From the NCBI GenBank assembly GCA_964187785.1, contig OZ076409.1, forward strand, positions 4,156,001-4,220,000: a DNA stretch of 64,000 nt, given 5' to 3'. The DNA is from Amphiscolops sp. MND2022. Its lineage: Eukaryota. Under the pieces are notes generated by a model. The model searched no databases. It saw only the letters and a list, made by a program, of their open reading frames with translations, and was not told the origin of the DNA. Below are positions 62,301 to 64,000 of the stretch, one piece after another; position 1 is the stretch's first letter, and each line of letters starts with the position of its first letter. The translations under genes and the position numbers were made by a program.

Positions 62301-64000
62301 TCAAAAAACATCACCATTTTGTGCACCTTTTTGTGCAGTCTGTTTTCGTCAATTTCTCATTGAGTATTGGTATTCATTGCCGGCAAGTACCCACAATGCT
62401 TGTGGAACGGTCAAAAAGAAGCACAGATGCTTTGTTGAGGTTCCGACCAGGTACAGATACTGTGTTTTTTGACACTGTGTTTTTTGACACTTTTGTTCAC
62501 AAATCGGCGAGGAGGGTCACTCCAAGGAACGTTACGGCATGCAAAATAGAGCTAATGCGTTGCTCCATTGACCGTAACAGTAACAGTATCCCACAATTAT
62601 GTTAGGTATAAGGCGCTGTCGGTCCTGTAGTTCTGGAAATTTCGGCAGTTTTCACTATTTTTAATTTCAAAACCTCAGAGAGCTTTTCTCAATTTTGGTT
62701 AGCGCTAGGCTCACCAAAAGTTCATCACTAGCATTTATTTTGGTGGTGGCAACGCGAATGCATCAAATTTTTTGCTAGGATTCGGGAATCAATGACCCGA
62801 TCCTAACAATTAGGAGTCCGGTTCTGTGGAGATTTGATCAAATTCAATGCATTTTTCCACTTTTCTCAGCACTGAAAAAAAATTTTCACATCACTCTGAA
62901 ACTGGCCAAAACTCAGGGGTCTTCCCAGTCCTGTTTTTGGTACTATGGATTGCGCCCCAAACTAATAGCAGCATGGAAGAGGCTATTACATCAGCATTTC
63001 AAGGTAGTTTTTTGCCAAATTTTCCAACAACCGGGTTTTTTGTTTTTTCATACAAAATGCCTCCAAAAAAGGACTCCAACGGCTGTGACTGATACATCGA
63101 GCACTTGCGCTCGTACAAAGAAAAACCCAAAAAACTGCCCAAAATGACGTTCATCCTACTTTTGCACTCAAAAGTGCACTTTTTTCCCTGGAAACAGGTG
63201 CAAAAGCACACAATGATTTGCGACTTGTAAAAACTAGCATGAACAAACAATTTCCCATCAAAACGTACGAAATCGAAAAGTTTTTTTATCATACTCGAAA
63301 AAATCGATACTTCTGGAATGAGGGGTGGTACCATCTCCGTCTTTTTCCTCAAGACCCTGACCAGCAAGAGAGAAACGGCTTTCGATCGTCTGCAAAGTCA
63401 GTGTTTGCTCTAGCTGTCCACGAAAAACGATGCTTCTAGCACGTCTCTACGGGAAATGGGACAGGGGAGTCGGGAACACTCGTTTCTGCTCTTCTCTTGG
63501 TCGGATGGAATATGGCGCATCCATCAACTGAATACCTCGTACGACAGGCGTAACGGCTCCTTAGCGATTCGCTAAGCCATTACACAGGTACCCGCTGATG
63601 GGAACAGGCAATTTTAGACGATACCTGTCAATAAATACCATTTACGAGAACATACCACAGGTACTCCCGAAAAACCATCGAAATACAGGCGAAACACCAG
63701 CAAATAATATCAGACTGAATAAAAAACATGGAAAACTCTGGATAAACGTCTCCTTCCAAAACCAAATCGTTCTTGGCGTCCAATACCAGGGGATCGAAAA
63801 CAGTAATCGGAAGCTATCCCTCTGTGGACCGCCAAAAATTGATGTCTCATGTAACAGCAAGCTGTTGTCGGTCGCTGAACACCCTAACAGAGGTGGGAGA
63901 ACCTGAAGAAATGGGTTAATCGCTCGGGACGGGCACCCATCGCCACAGATCTATTTTGAATCCCGGGGTGAATTACATCTCGAGGCCGTGGGCTGGGTGT
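58645..64000 (-). mobile_element. Element D: internally deleted, decayed relative of element C; 5' LTR runs off the right edge
   Basis: 3' LTR 58645-59380; PPT-like aaagcccggggagtga at 59381-59396 matches C; 5' LTR from 63850; PBS TGGCGGTCCACAGAGGGA at 63817-63834; no intact pol motifs seen. Confidence 0.85.

Noticed and set aside
59400..63800. Protein-coding genes inside element D
   Set aside because: Only short ORFs with no recognisable motifs; treated as decayed internal sequence.

Overview
Eukaryotic, AT-rich, transposon-dominated window; the organism cannot be determined from the sequence, but it looks invertebrate. 1-28009 holds two related, decayed minus-strand Ty3/Gypsy-order LTR elements (A and B) in head-to-tail tandem that share one chimeric LTR (13790-14202). 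The family looks like a complex endogenous virus about 17-18 kb long: a tRNA PBS, two conserved small hydrophobic uORFs, Gag with a ~630-codon N-terminal extension, a CCHC knuckle plus RS-rich tract, PR-RT-RH-IN, a long post-IN region, an env resembling class III fusogens (chuvirus G / herpesvirus gB type), and further 3' accessory ORFs. B has lost RT/RH/IN through an in-frame pol-env deletion and carries a 2.86-kb tandem duplication. 28-41.8 kb is mixed repeat debris, including an older fragment of the same family and possible host exons. 41.9-56 kb is a second, GC-richer degenerate Gypsy element (C, + strand) with macrodomain-like and SGNH-like ORFs downstream of integrase. A TA-flanked MITE (57021-57800) follows, then a deleted relative of C on the minus strand (D, 58645 to window end). 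All protein family calls come from motif recognition by eye, not database searches.
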